A stretch of 64,000 bases of DNA from a virus (lineage: Duplodnaviria > Caudoviricetes). The notes under the pieces were generated by a model that was given only the letters and a program-made list of their open reading frames with translations, was not told where the DNA came from and did no database searches. Where the stretch lies: the IMG/VR virus record IMGVR_UViG_2930337131_000001, positions 32,001 to 96,000 of that record. One strand, written 5' to 3'. Positions 51,029-61,300 of the stretch are shown in pieces (the stretch's first letter is position 1; each line of letters opens with the position of its first letter). The position numbers were made by a program, and so were the translations under genes.

Positions 51029-54000
51029 GGGCCTACAGGCTGGCCGCCTCGATGTGCCGGTCGTCGCTGACCTCGCAGGGTTCGCGGCGAAGCTGCGCAG
51101 CGAGGTTGAGGCGGCCGCCGAGGGCCTGGCCGCGAAGATCAAGGTCGAGGTCGACTCCAAGGGTCTGCGCAAGCAGATCAAGAAGGCAGTCGAGGAAGCC
51201 TCCAAGGGCATCACGGCGAAGATCAAGGTCAAGGTCGACGAGGAGCGGTTCCGGTCCGAGCTGGACGGGCTGCGGCGCCGCCTCGATGACGAGGAGCTGC
51301 ACGTTCCCGTCCGGCCGAACGGTGACGGCGACGGCCGCCGTGACGGTCTCCGCGACGGCCTACGCCGCATGATCCGCGGCGCCCAGGACGACGCCGACCG
51401 TAGCCCCGTCAACGTCCCCGTGAAGCCGAAGCTGCCCGGCGGCCGCGGGGCGTTGATCGGCGGCATCCTCACCCTCCTCGAGCCGGCCGTCGCGCTGATC
51501 ACCCAGTACGGCGCAGGCCTTACCGCGTTGGTGTCCGCGGCCGCGCCCGCGGTCGGTGTCCTAGGCGCGATACCGGGGCTGATCGCCGCGGCGGGTACCG
51601 CGGCGATCGGCACGAAGATCGCTTTCTCTGGGTTCGGCGACGCCCTCAAGGAGACGCTGAAGATCCAGCAGCAGCAGGCCGACGGAACCAAAATCACGAA
51701 GGCCGAGCAGCAGAAGCTGGACCAGGCCGTGGGCAAGCTGGGCACCTCGGCCCGCAAGTCCGTGAAGGACATCGCGTCACTGTCCCCGGCCTGGGCCAAG
51801 GTCAAGAAGTCCATCAGTGAACGGTTCTTCTCCCAGATCGAGGGGGACATCAAGCCGCTCGCGAAGACCACACTCCCCCTGCTGAAGAGTGCCCTCGGCG
51901 ACTCGGCCTCCCAGATGGGCAAGCTCGCCGACCGCGGCGCCCAGTTCATGAAGTCCAGCATCTTCCGCCGGGACTTCAAGACGATCGCGGGCACCAACTC
52001 CCGCGTCATCGGCAGCATGACCAACGGCCTGGCCAACATGGGCCACGCCACGCTCGATTTCCTCGTCGCGAGCGGTCCGTTCGTCGAGCGGGTCGGCCGC
52101 GGTACCGAGCGCATGACCCAGTGGGTCCGCGCCCAGGTCCAGGCCGGCAGAGAGACGGGCAGCCTCGCCAAGTTCCTCGACCACGCAGGCGACGCGGCCG
52201 GACAGCTCGGGCGCGCCACCGGGAGCCTGATCAAGGGACTCGGCGGTATCGGCCGCGCGGCCCAGGACACCGGCGGCGCCCTGCTCGACGGCCTCGAGGG
52301 CAGCATGAAGCGCTTCGAGCGCTACGCCCAATCAGGCGCCGGCCAGAAGGCGATGAAGCAGTATTTCTCCGACTCTGCGCCTGCCTTCCACGAGGTCAAC
52401 CTCCTGTTCGGCGACATGATGCGCGGGCTTGGCAAGTCCATGAAGGACGGCGGCATCGTCGACCTGGTCCGGCAGATCCGCCTCCAACTGATGCCCGCGC
52501 TGGGGACGTTCTTCAACAACCTCGGCCAGACCGTCGGCCCCGCGATCATCTCGGTCATCTCGAACATCGCCGAGGCCATCGGGAACCTTTCTGCGGCCGG
52601 CAGCGGTCTCGGGGTACTGCTCGTGGCCTTCAACGGTCTCTTGCACGGCATCAACGCGCTGACGAGCGCGTTCCCCGCCCTGAACACCGTGGCAGCGATC
52701 CTCCTCGGCACGATGGTGTCGCTCAAGGTCGTCAGCGCTGTCGCCACCATGCTGCGCGGCTTCGGCACGTCGGTCGTGACCGCAGGCTCCAACATCACCC
52801 GTTTGAACAACACGCTGCGCGGCACGGCAACCGCGAGCGGCTCGAGTCTGAGCGTCTGGGGCCGTATGACCGGCGTCTACGGCCGGGTGTCCCAGCAGGG
52901 CAACCGCCTGACCGGCACCCTGCGCGGTATCGGCGCCGCCAACAAGGTAGCCATGCGGGCGCTCGGCGGTGTCACCGGAGCGCTCGGCGGCCCTCTCGGT
53001 ATCGCCATCGCCGCGGCGACGATCGGTCTCGGCTGGCTCGCCTCCAAGCAGGAGGCCGCGGCCCGCGCCGCCCAGGCGCACGAGGAGCAGGTGCAGAACC
53101 TGGCCCAGGCCCTGGCGCAGTCCAACGGCGTCGTCGACGCCAACGTCCGGGCGCAGGCAGCGACCTACCTTCAGGACGTCAAACTCGCCGACGGCAAGGG
53201 GAAGCTCGTCGACGTCCTGCGCGACGCCGACGTGAGCCTCAAGGACGTCACGAACGCCTACCTCTCCCAGGGCGGTTCGATCGACGACCTGCAGAAGAAG
53301 CTGATGACCCTCGCCGACGCCACCAAGTACTACAAGAGCTACGCCGGCGACAAGGCGTCCAAGCTCGTGTACACGGAGCAGGGCGAGGCGTACAAGGCCG
53401 CGGCCGACGCCCTCGGGGATATGAGCGGCACCCTCGCGGAGACGAAGAAGAAGCAGAAGGAACTCAACGACGCGACGAACGGCGGCACCGCCACCGGCAC
53501 GACGGCATACGACCGACTGCAGACGGCCGTCCAAGGCTTCTCCGACAAGACCAAGTCGGCGGACGAGCGGACCCAGGCGCTCAAGTCGGCACTGGACGCC
53601 CTCAACGGCAACACCCAGTCGTTCCACGACGCCGAGGCACAGCTCAACTCCGTGATGCTCCAGATCGACGACACGATGAAGTCGAACATCGACCACGCGG
53701 ACGGCTGGGGCAAGGCGCTCGTCGGCAACGACAAGCTGGTCGACACGAGCACCAAGAACGGCCAGACCCTGAACAGCCAGCTCACCGACCTGCGCGACAA
53801 CATGCTGTCCGTCGCTACCAAGGCGCAGGAAGCCGGGGAACAGGGCCTGATCCCCATGTCCGCGGCCATGGACAAGAGCCAGGCCGCCATGGAGAAGGCC
53901 CGGAAGAAAGCCATCGAGCTCGCCCGGGACATGGGCATCCCGAAGGAGCAGGCCAAGGCACTCGCCGACCAGATGGGTTTTGTGCCGTCCGAGATTCAGA

Positions 54001-55034
54001 CGGTGGTCATGGGCAACATGCCCCAGGCGACCCAGCAGGTCCTCGCGCTGCGCAACCAGCTCGACGGCCTGAAGCCCGGCAAGACCATCAAGATCGACGC
54101 CCCCACGGCCGATGCCCAGGCGCAACTCCGTGCCCTGGGTTTCACGGTGGAGAAGGTCCCCCACAGCAAGAAGATTTCGGTCACCGCTCCGACCACCGGC
54201 GCGCGTGTCGACCTCGCGGCTCTCGTCTCGGACATGGCCAAGGCGCCGAAGAAGAAGCAGGTCACGGTCCAGGCGATCATCAAGCAGGCCGCGGGCGACC
54301 TGAAGGGGATCCAGGACAAGGTCGCGAGCCTCAAGCCGAAGAAGTCCATCACGGTGACGGCACCGACGGCCGTGGCCCAGAAGGCGCTCAAGGATCTCGG
54401 ATACAAGATCACGAACGTCGACAAGGGCGGCAAGAAGGTCAAGATCACCGCGCCGAACGCCACCCCGCTCGCCCAGGTCCAGCGCGTCCAGACCGCGATC
54501 AACAACCTGACCGGCAAGACGGTGCACGTCACCGTGCAGTACAGCGAGTCAGGCAAGCCGGCTGTGGTCCGCACGCACGCGGACGGCGGCATCGTGCAGT
54601 ACGCCAACGGCGGTATCCGCGCGGCAGTCGGCCGGATCAAGGCGTTCGCGGCCGGCGCCGAGAACCACATCGCGCAGATCGGCAAGCCCGGCGAGTGGCG
54701 GCTGTGGTCGGAGCCGGAGACCGGTGGCGAGGCGTACATCCCCCTGGCCCCCGGCAAGCGCAAGCGCAGCGAGGCAATCCTGCAGAAGGTCGCGGAGATG
54801 TTCGGCGGCCGGGTCGTCTACTTCGCCAATGGCGCGCTGCGCCAGTACGCCCAGGGCGGCGTCCGCGCGCGGGCCGCCACCGTCCGTCAGCGAGCATCGG
54901 CCGCGCAGGCAGCGGCCTCCCTCGTCGGCGGTGACCTGAACCTCAACATCGGTGCCGTGGACTCCACGGGCACCGCACTGGACGACGCCATGTTCGAGCT
55001 GCGTCGGATTCGCCTGGGAGGCAGCTATGCGTGA
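51021..55034 (+). CDS. Tape measure protein
   Basis: 1337 aa, Ala/Gly-rich helical, AGRLDVPVVAD N-terminus, ADGG/EPETGGEAYIP C-terminus. Confidence 0.9.
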   Translation: MGEGLQAGRLDVPVVADLAGFAAKLRSEVEAAAEGLAAKIKVEVDSKGLRKQIKKAVEEASKGITAKIKVKVDEERFRSELDGLRRRLDDEELHVPVRPNGDGDGRRDGLRDGLRRMIRGAQDDADRSPVNVPVKPKLPGGRGALIGGILTLLEPAVALITQYGAGLTALVSAAAPAVGVLGAIPGLIAAAGTAAIGTKIAFSGFGDALKETLKIQQQQADGTKITKAEQQKLDQAVGKLGTSARKSVKDIASLSPAWAKVKKSISERFFSQIEGDIKPLAKTTLPLLKSALGDSASQMGKLADRGAQFMKSSIFRRDFKTIAGTNSRVIGSMTNGLANMGHATLDFLVASGPFVERVGRGTERMTQWVRAQVQAGRETGSLAKFLDHAGDAAGQLGRATGSLIKGLGGIGRAAQDTGGALLDGLEGSMKRFERYAQSGAGQKAMKQYFSDSAPAFHEVNLLFGDMMRGLGKSMKDGGIVDLVRQIRLQLMPALGTFFNNLGQTVGPAIISVISNIAEAIGNLSAAGSGLGVLLVAFNGLLHGINALTSAFPALNTVAAILLGTMVSLKVVSAVATMLRGFGTSVVTAGSNITRLNNTLRGTATASGSSLSVWGRMTGVYGRVSQQGNRLTGTLRGIGAANKVAMRALGGVTGALGGPLGIAIAAATIGLGWLASKQEAAARAAQAHEEQVQNLAQALAQSNGVVDANVRAQAATYLQDVKLADGKGKLVDVLRDADVSLKDVTNAYLSQGGSIDDLQKKLMTLADATKYYKSYAGDKASKLVYTEQGEAYKAAADALGDMSGTLAETKKKQKELNDATNGGTATGTTAYDRLQTAVQGFSDKTKSADERTQALKSALDALNGNTQSFHDAEAQLNSVMLQIDDTMKSNIDHADGWGKALVGNDKLVDTSTKNGQTLNSQLTDLRDNMLSVATKAQEAGEQGLIPMSAAMDKSQAAMEKARKKAIELARDMGIPKEQAKALADQMGFVPSEIQTVVMGNMPQATQQVLALRNQLDGLKPGKTIKIDAPTADAQAQLRALGFTVEKVPHSKKISVTAPTTGARVDLAALVSDMAKAPKKKQVTVQAIIKQAAGDLKGIQDKVASLKPKKSITVTAPTAVAQKALKDLGYKITNVDKGGKKVKITAPNATPLAQVQRVQTAINNLTGKTVHVTVQYSESGKPAVVRTHADGGIVQYANGGIRAAVGRIKAFAAGAENHIAQIGKPGEWRLWSEPETGGEAYIPLAPGKRKRSEAILQKVAEMFGGRVVYFANGALRQYAQGGVRARAATVRQRASAAQAAASLVGGDLNLNIGAVDSTGTALDDAMFELRRIRLGGSYA

Positions 55035-56070
55035 CGGCGACTGGTACATCGGCTACTACGCCGCCGACAACTATCCGGGCGCGCTGATGCACTTCGGGCG
55101 GGAGGACTCGGGCGTCTACTGCCTGTCGGAGCCGGACATCGCGTTCGCGGACGTCGACGTCGCGGACGCGGCGCTCCCGGGCGAGGACGGCGTCCGCATG
55201 GGACGCGACTACCAGCGCAGCGCCACGGCCACCTTCGAACTGGGCATAGACGGCAGCCGGACGGTCATTGACCGGCACTGGCCCCTGCGCCCCGGCCCAG
55301 GCGACCGGGTCGGTGACTGGTCCGAGATGGAAGCCATCATGGCGCTCGTGAAGAAGCACGACGACGGCCCCGCCGTGCGGGGCCTGGACGGCGTGAACCT
55401 GATGCGCCAGGTGTGGCGGGCCGACGCCATCCGCGGCAAGGCAGGGCGCGTCTCCTGGCTCGCGCACAAGACCGCAGGGCGCACCCGCCGGCTGTACGGC
55501 CGCCCGCGGAAGTTCGCGGTCTCGCACTCCCGGCTCTCGTCCCAGGGGTACACCCCCGTCGTTGCCGACTTCGTCGCGGTCGACGATCGCTTCTACGACG
55601 AGACGGAGCAGCAGGTCGAGCTCTACGACCACATAGCCATCGGCCTGCCGTGGCGGCCGGGCCGGGGACACCTGCCTGACTGGCTGTACACGTCGAAGAA
55701 GACCGTCGCGTTCCAGCAGCGGGGCACGGTGAACACCTTCCCCTACATAGACATCTACGGGCCGTGCAAGAACCCCAAGCTCACGATCAACCGTGACCTG
55801 TGGGCGGTGCAGCTCAGCATGACGATCGCCGCGGGGGACTACGTCCGTATCGACCCGCGGCCATGGGTCCGCACGGTCACCCTCTACACCAAGTCGGACT
55901 CCAAATCGGTGGCGGACAAGCTGACCCGGGCCTCGCCCCGCCTGGCGCAGATGTTCATTCCGCCCGGCCGCTGGTCGGCGTCGCTGTCGTACACCAAGAC
56001 GGCCGGCGCCACCTCCCACGACGGGCCGCGCATCCTCATCAACTGGCGGGACGCCTTCAACTGGTGGTGA
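55027..56070 (+). CDS. Distal tail (Dit-like) minor tail protein
   Basis: Position; DGVRMGRD, RRLYGRPR, IYGPCKNP, WRDAF. Confidence 0.75.
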   Translation: MRDGDWYIGYYAADNYPGALMHFGREDSGVYCLSEPDIAFADVDVADAALPGEDGVRMGRDYQRSATATFELGIDGSRTVIDRHWPLRPGPGDRVGDWSEMEAIMALVKKHDDGPAVRGLDGVNLMRQVWRADAIRGKAGRVSWLAHKTAGRTRRLYGRPRKFAVSHSRLSSQGYTPVVADFVAVDDRFYDETEQQVELYDHIAIGLPWRPGRGHLPDWLYTSKKTVAFQQRGTVNTFPYIDIYGPCKNPKLTINRDLWAVQLSMTIAAGDYVRIDPRPWVRTVTLYTKSDSKSVADKLTRASPRLAQMFIPPGRWSASLSYTKTAGATSHDGPRILINWRDAFNWW

Positions 56071-56073
56071 CCG

Positions 56074-56104
56074 GGCGACGTTAGCCCCCGCGGCCGCCCA
56101 CTCT
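56074..56104 (+). promoter_or_regulatory. Late-promoter motif 11
   Basis: GGCGACGTTAGCC-N12-CACTCT. Confidence 0.65.
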
Positions 56105-56134
56105 CTCCCCTCCCGTACGGAGAAGGAGAGCAGC

Positions 56135-57106
56135 ATGACGTGGGACCCGATCCCCTGGTTCGTGGAGAACACCGCGGCGTCCGAGGAGGTGCTGCGCCTG
56201 ATCGCCGACGTCGCCGCGTGCGGCGGGGAAGGCATCATCAGCCCCGCGGACCTCCTCGTCACCGCACTGGACGTCCCGGCCGGCTCGGTCCAGGTCGGAC
56301 CGGGCGCCATGGTCGCGATACGCCGCGCGGCGGCAGGCGGGGGCAGCCAGAGCTACGCCGCGCGGATGCCGACGACGGAGCAGGTGGACATCGAGCCGAC
56401 GTCGGTGGACGGCGCCCGCTCGGACCTGATCATCGCCCGCGTCGAGGACCCGTACGGCGGGGAGTCGTGGCCGACGCCGGAGGACCCGAGCGTCGGCCCG
56501 TACGTCTTCACGCGGGTCATCTCCGACGTGCCGGTGGGCACCACCAGCATCCTCGACATCGACCCTGACTCCACCGCGGTCACCCTGGCCCGGGTCGACA
56601 TACCGGCGGGGACGACGAACATCACTGCGGCGATGGTCACCGACCTGCGGCAGCTCGCGCGGCCGCGGTCGCAGACCTCCCGCCGCTACCTGCCCGGCGC
56701 CTGGGCGACCACGGACGACGTCGGCGCGATCACTGACACCTGGGAGGGCTTCCCGCTCGGCGCCACCTGGACGGAGAAGGTCCCGGAGTGGGCCACCCAC
56801 GTGTCGGTGCACGTGTCCATCACGGGCCTGCTCCACCCGGACACGACGGAGGCCCGCGGGCAGCTCCGGGTGTCGTTCGCCGACACCCAGCACGGTGTGG
56901 GGATGCCGTTCAGCGCCACCCAGGCCGGCCGCCTCGCGGTGCAGGCGGGAGCCAAGTTCACCCTTGCCCCGGCCGACCGCGGGGAGATGCGCGACATCGA
57001 CGTCGAGGGCACCGGCACCGCAGGCTTCACGGGCGTACTGCGCGCGGACGCCTACACGGTGCTGTCGCTCGAGGTGACCTACTCGCAGGAGCCGGTGAGC
57101 GCCTGA
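56135..57106 (+). CDS. Minor tail/baseplate protein
   Basis: RSDLIIARVEDP, LARVDIPAGTTNITAAMVTDLR. Confidence 0.75.
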   Translation: MTWDPIPWFVENTAASEEVLRLIADVAACGGEGIISPADLLVTALDVPAGSVQVGPGAMVAIRRAAAGGGSQSYAARMPTTEQVDIEPTSVDGARSDLIIARVEDPYGGESWPTPEDPSVGPYVFTRVISDVPVGTTSILDIDPDSTAVTLARVDIPAGTTNITAAMVTDLRQLARPRSQTSRRYLPGAWATTDDVGAITDTWEGFPLGATWTEKVPEWATHVSVHVSITGLLHPDTTEARGQLRVSFADTQHGVGMPFSATQAGRLAVQAGAKFTLAPADRGEMRDIDVEGTGTAGFTGVLRADAYTVLSLEVTYSQEPVSA

Positions 57107-58308
57107 TGAGCGGGTGGCGGTACATCGCGATGCGCGCGGTGTCGGGCGACTTCCTGGACTGGGACGTCCCGTTCGTCGCCGACTCCCCGCCGCGGCGGGA
57201 GCTGAACGGGCCGGGCCAGATGACGGGGACGATCTCACCGGAGTACATGCGGCTGATGGCCAAGCCCGACGGCCTGCCCGTCCTCGCGGAGTGGTCGACC
57301 GCGCTGTTCGCGGAGTTCGAGGGCCGCATCCGGTGGGGTGGGTTGATCACGAACCTCGCCTTCGAGAACCAGTCGATGAAGGTCACGTGCGCGGGCTACA
57401 CCGCCTACCCGGCCGGGATGCCGTACCTCGGGAGCGTGATCCGCTCCGGCGCCACAATCCCGCAAAAGTGGGCGTACGACGGAAAAGACAAAAATCACGA
57501 CGGATACATCGACGGCACCCACCCGAAGCGGAAGATGCCGAAGAAGCCGAAGGACAAGATCAGCAGCCGGGTGGACGCCTTCGACGTCGTCCGGACCATC
57601 TGGAGCCACCTGCAGAGCTACAAGATGGGCGCCCTGGGCGTCACCCTCGACAAGCACGACTCCGGCTATCTCCTCGGCGCGGCCAGCGGCAAGGACCCGT
57701 GGGAACTGCTGTGGTGGGACTCCCCCGACTGCGGCTCCACCATCACCGACGTGATGAACCTGGCGAAGGGCGATTTCCTCGAGCGGCACTACTGGGACGG
57801 CAGCAAGGAGAAGATCCTCCACCACATCGACCTCGGCAAGAGGCGCCTCGGCAAGGCCCGCTCCGACCTCCGCTTCGCCCAGGGCGAGAACGTCATCGAG
57901 ATCGCGACCCCCTCCTACCAGGGCGACTTTTTCGCGAACAACGTCTACGTCCTGGGCAAGGGCAGCGGCCAGAAGACCGCCCGCGTCCGCGTCGTCGTCG
58001 ACGACAAGCGCCTCCGCCGGGCGAAGATCATCACCCGGAAGTCCACGGCGCACGCCAAGACGCTCACCGAGTACGGCAAGAAGGAGCGCGCAAAGCACTC
58101 CGAGCAGCTCACGATCCCGTCCATCGCAGTCCGCCACCACCCCAACGCGCCCCTGGGCTCATGGGCCCTGGGGGACCGCATCCTCGTCCAGGTCGAGATC
58201 CCGTGGGTGGGTGAGCTCGCGATCTGGCACCGCATCACGGCCGAGGAGATCGACCCGGCCGGCGGCACCGCAGTTCTGTCCCTGACCCGCTCCGACTTCT
58301 ACGGATGA
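57106..58308 (+). CDS. Minor tail (Tal/hub-like) protein
   Basis: LDWDVP...LNGPG...IRWGG...[10 protein letters not shown]...LGDRI. Confidence 0.75.
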   Translation: MSGWRYIAMRAVSGDFLDWDVPFVADSPPRRELNGPGQMTGTISPEYMRLMAKPDGLPVLAEWSTALFAEFEGRIRWGGLITNLAFENQSMKVTCAGYTAYPAGMPYLGSVIRSGATIPQKWAYDGKDKNHDGYIDGTHPKRKMPKKPKDKISSRVDAFDVVRTIWSHLQSYKMGALGVTLDKHDSGYLLGAASGKDPWELLWWDSPDCGSTITDVMNLAKGDFLERHYWDGSKEKILHHIDLGKRRLGKARSDLRFAQGENVIEIATPSYQGDFFANNVYVLGKGSGQKTARVRVVVDDKRLRRAKIITRKSTAHAKTLTEYGKKERAKHSEQLTIPSIAVRHHPNAPLGSWALGDRILVQVEIPWVGELAIWHRITAEEIDPAGGTAVLSLTRSDFYG

Positions 58309-58314
58309 CCAGCA

Positions 58315-58345
58315 CGCGACACTAACCCGCTCTCCCCTCCACTCT
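58315..58345 (+). promoter_or_regulatory. Late-promoter motif 12
   Basis: CGCGACACTAACC-N12-CACTCT. Confidence 0.7.
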
Positions 58346-58396
58346 CCGCCTGCCCCGGACATCCCGGCGGCCGCGGAGACACGGAGGGGAGGACGG

Positions 58397-61300
58397 GTGT
58401 CGTCCTTCAACCTGGACGAGCGGGAGAAGCGCAGGCAGTTCGCCACCTACTTCAAAGAGCTCGAGGACCGGATCGCCAACCTCGAGCGGACCAACCAGCT
58501 CAACAACGCGAGCATCGAGGGCGGCGCCCTCGACATCTACGACGAGGACGGTGCCCTCAAGGGCTCCGTCGGCGTGCAGGACGACGGCACGGTCGCCCTG
58601 GTCCCCCACCCGGAGAACACCGACCCGCCCCCCACACCGACCGCACCGACCGTCGACTCCGCCCTGGCAGGGCTGGACATCACATGGTCCGGCCAGTGGG
58701 CCAACTCCGAGACCGCGCCCAACGACTTCGCCCTGGTCCAGGTCCACGTCGGCACACCCGCCGACTTCACCCCGAACGCCGCCACCCAGGTCTCGCAGAT
58801 CAACGACGTGACCGGCGGCAAGACGACCGTGCACGTCGAGGGCTACGACCCCGTGTGGGTGCGCCTGGTCGCGGTGAACACCGCGGCGCTGACAGGTGAT
58901 CCGTCGGACGCGGTGCAGGGGCAGGCGAGGCAGGCCGTCAGCCAGGACCTGATCGACAACATCATCACGGACGTCAAGATCGCGAACGAGGCGATCACCG
59001 AGGCCAAGATCGCGCTGTCGGCTGTGACCAGCGACAAGATTGCGGCCGGCTCGGTGAACGAGCTGCTCCTGGCCGACGACGCGGTCACCGCGGCGAAGCT
59101 CGCGGCCGCTTCCGTGGGGACGGTTGCCCTCGCCGATGGGGCGGTGCTGGCGGAAAAGCTCGCCGACAACGCGGTCACGCAGTCCAAGGTGGCGGCGAAC
59201 GCGGTCACGGAACTCGCCCTCGCGAACTCGGCGGTCACCTCGGCGAAGGTGGCCGTGGGCGCGATCGACTCCACGAGGATCGCGGACGCGGCCGTCACGG
59301 CAGTGAAGATCGGGCAGAACGCGGTCACCGCGGCGAAGCTAGCCGACGGCGCCGTGGGCGCGCTGGCCCTGGCGGACTCCGCGGTCACGGCGGCGAAGGT
59401 CGCCGTCAACGCGATCGACTCCACGAAGATCACGGACGCGGCCGTGACAGCGGCAAAGATCGGCGCGGCCGCAGTCACCACGGGCAAGCTCGCCGCCCAG
59501 GCCGTCACGCTCGCCAACCTGTCCGGGGCGCTCGCCGACGTCGCCTCCCAGCGCTGGGTCGACACGATGGGCGACCCGTCCACCTGGACGGTGGCCGCCC
59601 TCAGCACCGGCGGCGCCTTCGACTTCCTCACCGGCGTCACCGACGCCCAGACCGGACAGACCGTCGGCCAGGCCACCGGATTCGCCCGGCTGCGCGGCAA
59701 CACCCTGATCCCGTACGACCCCGACGTCCTCTATCGCATCTCCGCCCGGGTCCGGATGCCGCAGGCCGGCACCTCCGACGCGGTCTATGTCGGCGTCCTC
59801 GGCATCGGCGCGGACGGCGTGACGCTGGTCAACCGCGACGGCTCCAACTCCGTGAACAGCCACTACTACCCGGCCGCGTCGGGGAAGGCCGTCGCGAACA
59901 CGGACGGCTGGGTCACGGTCATCGGGTTCATGAAGGGCCGGGCGGCCTCGGGTGTCTCAGGCAGCGCCGGCCCGAACAACGACCCCCGCTCCCCGGGCCT
60001 GGTGAACGCGGGCGTGCGGTTCATCAGCCCGTACATCTGGCTCAACTACAACCAGCAGTCCAGCGGGTCCTCAAAGATGCAGATGGACTACGTCGCGATC
60101 GAGGCCCTGAAGACCGGCGTGGTCGACACGATCAACCTGTCGTCCGGCGCGGTCACGGCCCCGGCCATCGCGACGGACGCTGTGATCGCCGGGAAGATCG
60201 CGGCCGACGCCATCACCGCGCGAGAACTCGCGGCGAACTCGGTCACGGCCGCGGAGTTGTCCGCCGGATCGGTCACGGCGGCCGCCATTGCGGCGAACAC
60301 CATCACGGCCGGGCAGCTCGCCGCGAACTCCGTCACGGCGGCGCAGATAGCCGCGGGCAGCGTGCAGACGGCGGCCCTGGCCGCGGACGCGGTGGCGGCC
60401 GGGAAGATCGCGGCTGACGCGGTCACCGCGCGGGAGCTGGCCGCGAACTCGGTCACGGCCGCGGAGCTGTCCGCCGGGTCCGTCACGGCGGCCGCCATCG
60501 CGGCGGGAACCATCACGGCCGGACAACTGGCCGCGAACTCCGTCACGGCGACGCAGATAGCTGCCGGGGCGGTGCAGGCCGGAGCCCTGGCCGCGGACGC
60601 CGTGGCGGCCGGAAAGATCGCGGCGGACGCAGTCACCGCGCGGGAGCTCGCGGCGTCCTCCGTCACGGCATCGGAGCTCTCCGCGGGGTCCGTCACGGCC
60701 AACGCCATCGCGGCCGGGTCGGTCACCACCGACAAGCTGACCGTCGCGGGCGGCGCCAATCTCATGTCCGACCCCTCGTTCGAGGGAGCGTTCAGCGCCG
60801 CCCTCGTCGCCGGCAGCAACAACTTCTCCATCGACACGATCGGAAACGGGTCCGCCAAGTCCCTCAAGCTGAACGCAGTTGCCGGAGCTGCCACCACCAA
60901 GTCGCAGATGATCACTCGGGTGCCGATCCTCGCCGGTGATCAGCTCTATCTCGCGTTCGACTACCTGGCCTCCAGCGACTACACCAGCACTGCCACCCCG
61001 AAGTTCTACGCCCGGTGGGAGGACTCCACCGGGACAACGATCGGCTACGGCGTGGCAGCGGCCTCCCCGCCCGTCCTCGGCGGCAGCACGTGGAACCGGC
61101 CCACCGCCACCGTCACCGCCCCCGCCGGGACCGTGCAGGCATCCATCTGGGCGGAATCCTTCAATGCCTCGGCCGGAACCCTTTGGTTCGACAACATCGC
61201 CGTTCGCCCGGTCGTGGCGGGCGTGCAGATCGCCGACGGTGCGATCACCACGCCCAAGATGGTCGCCGGGTCCATCCAGGGCGACCGGATCGCGGTCAAC

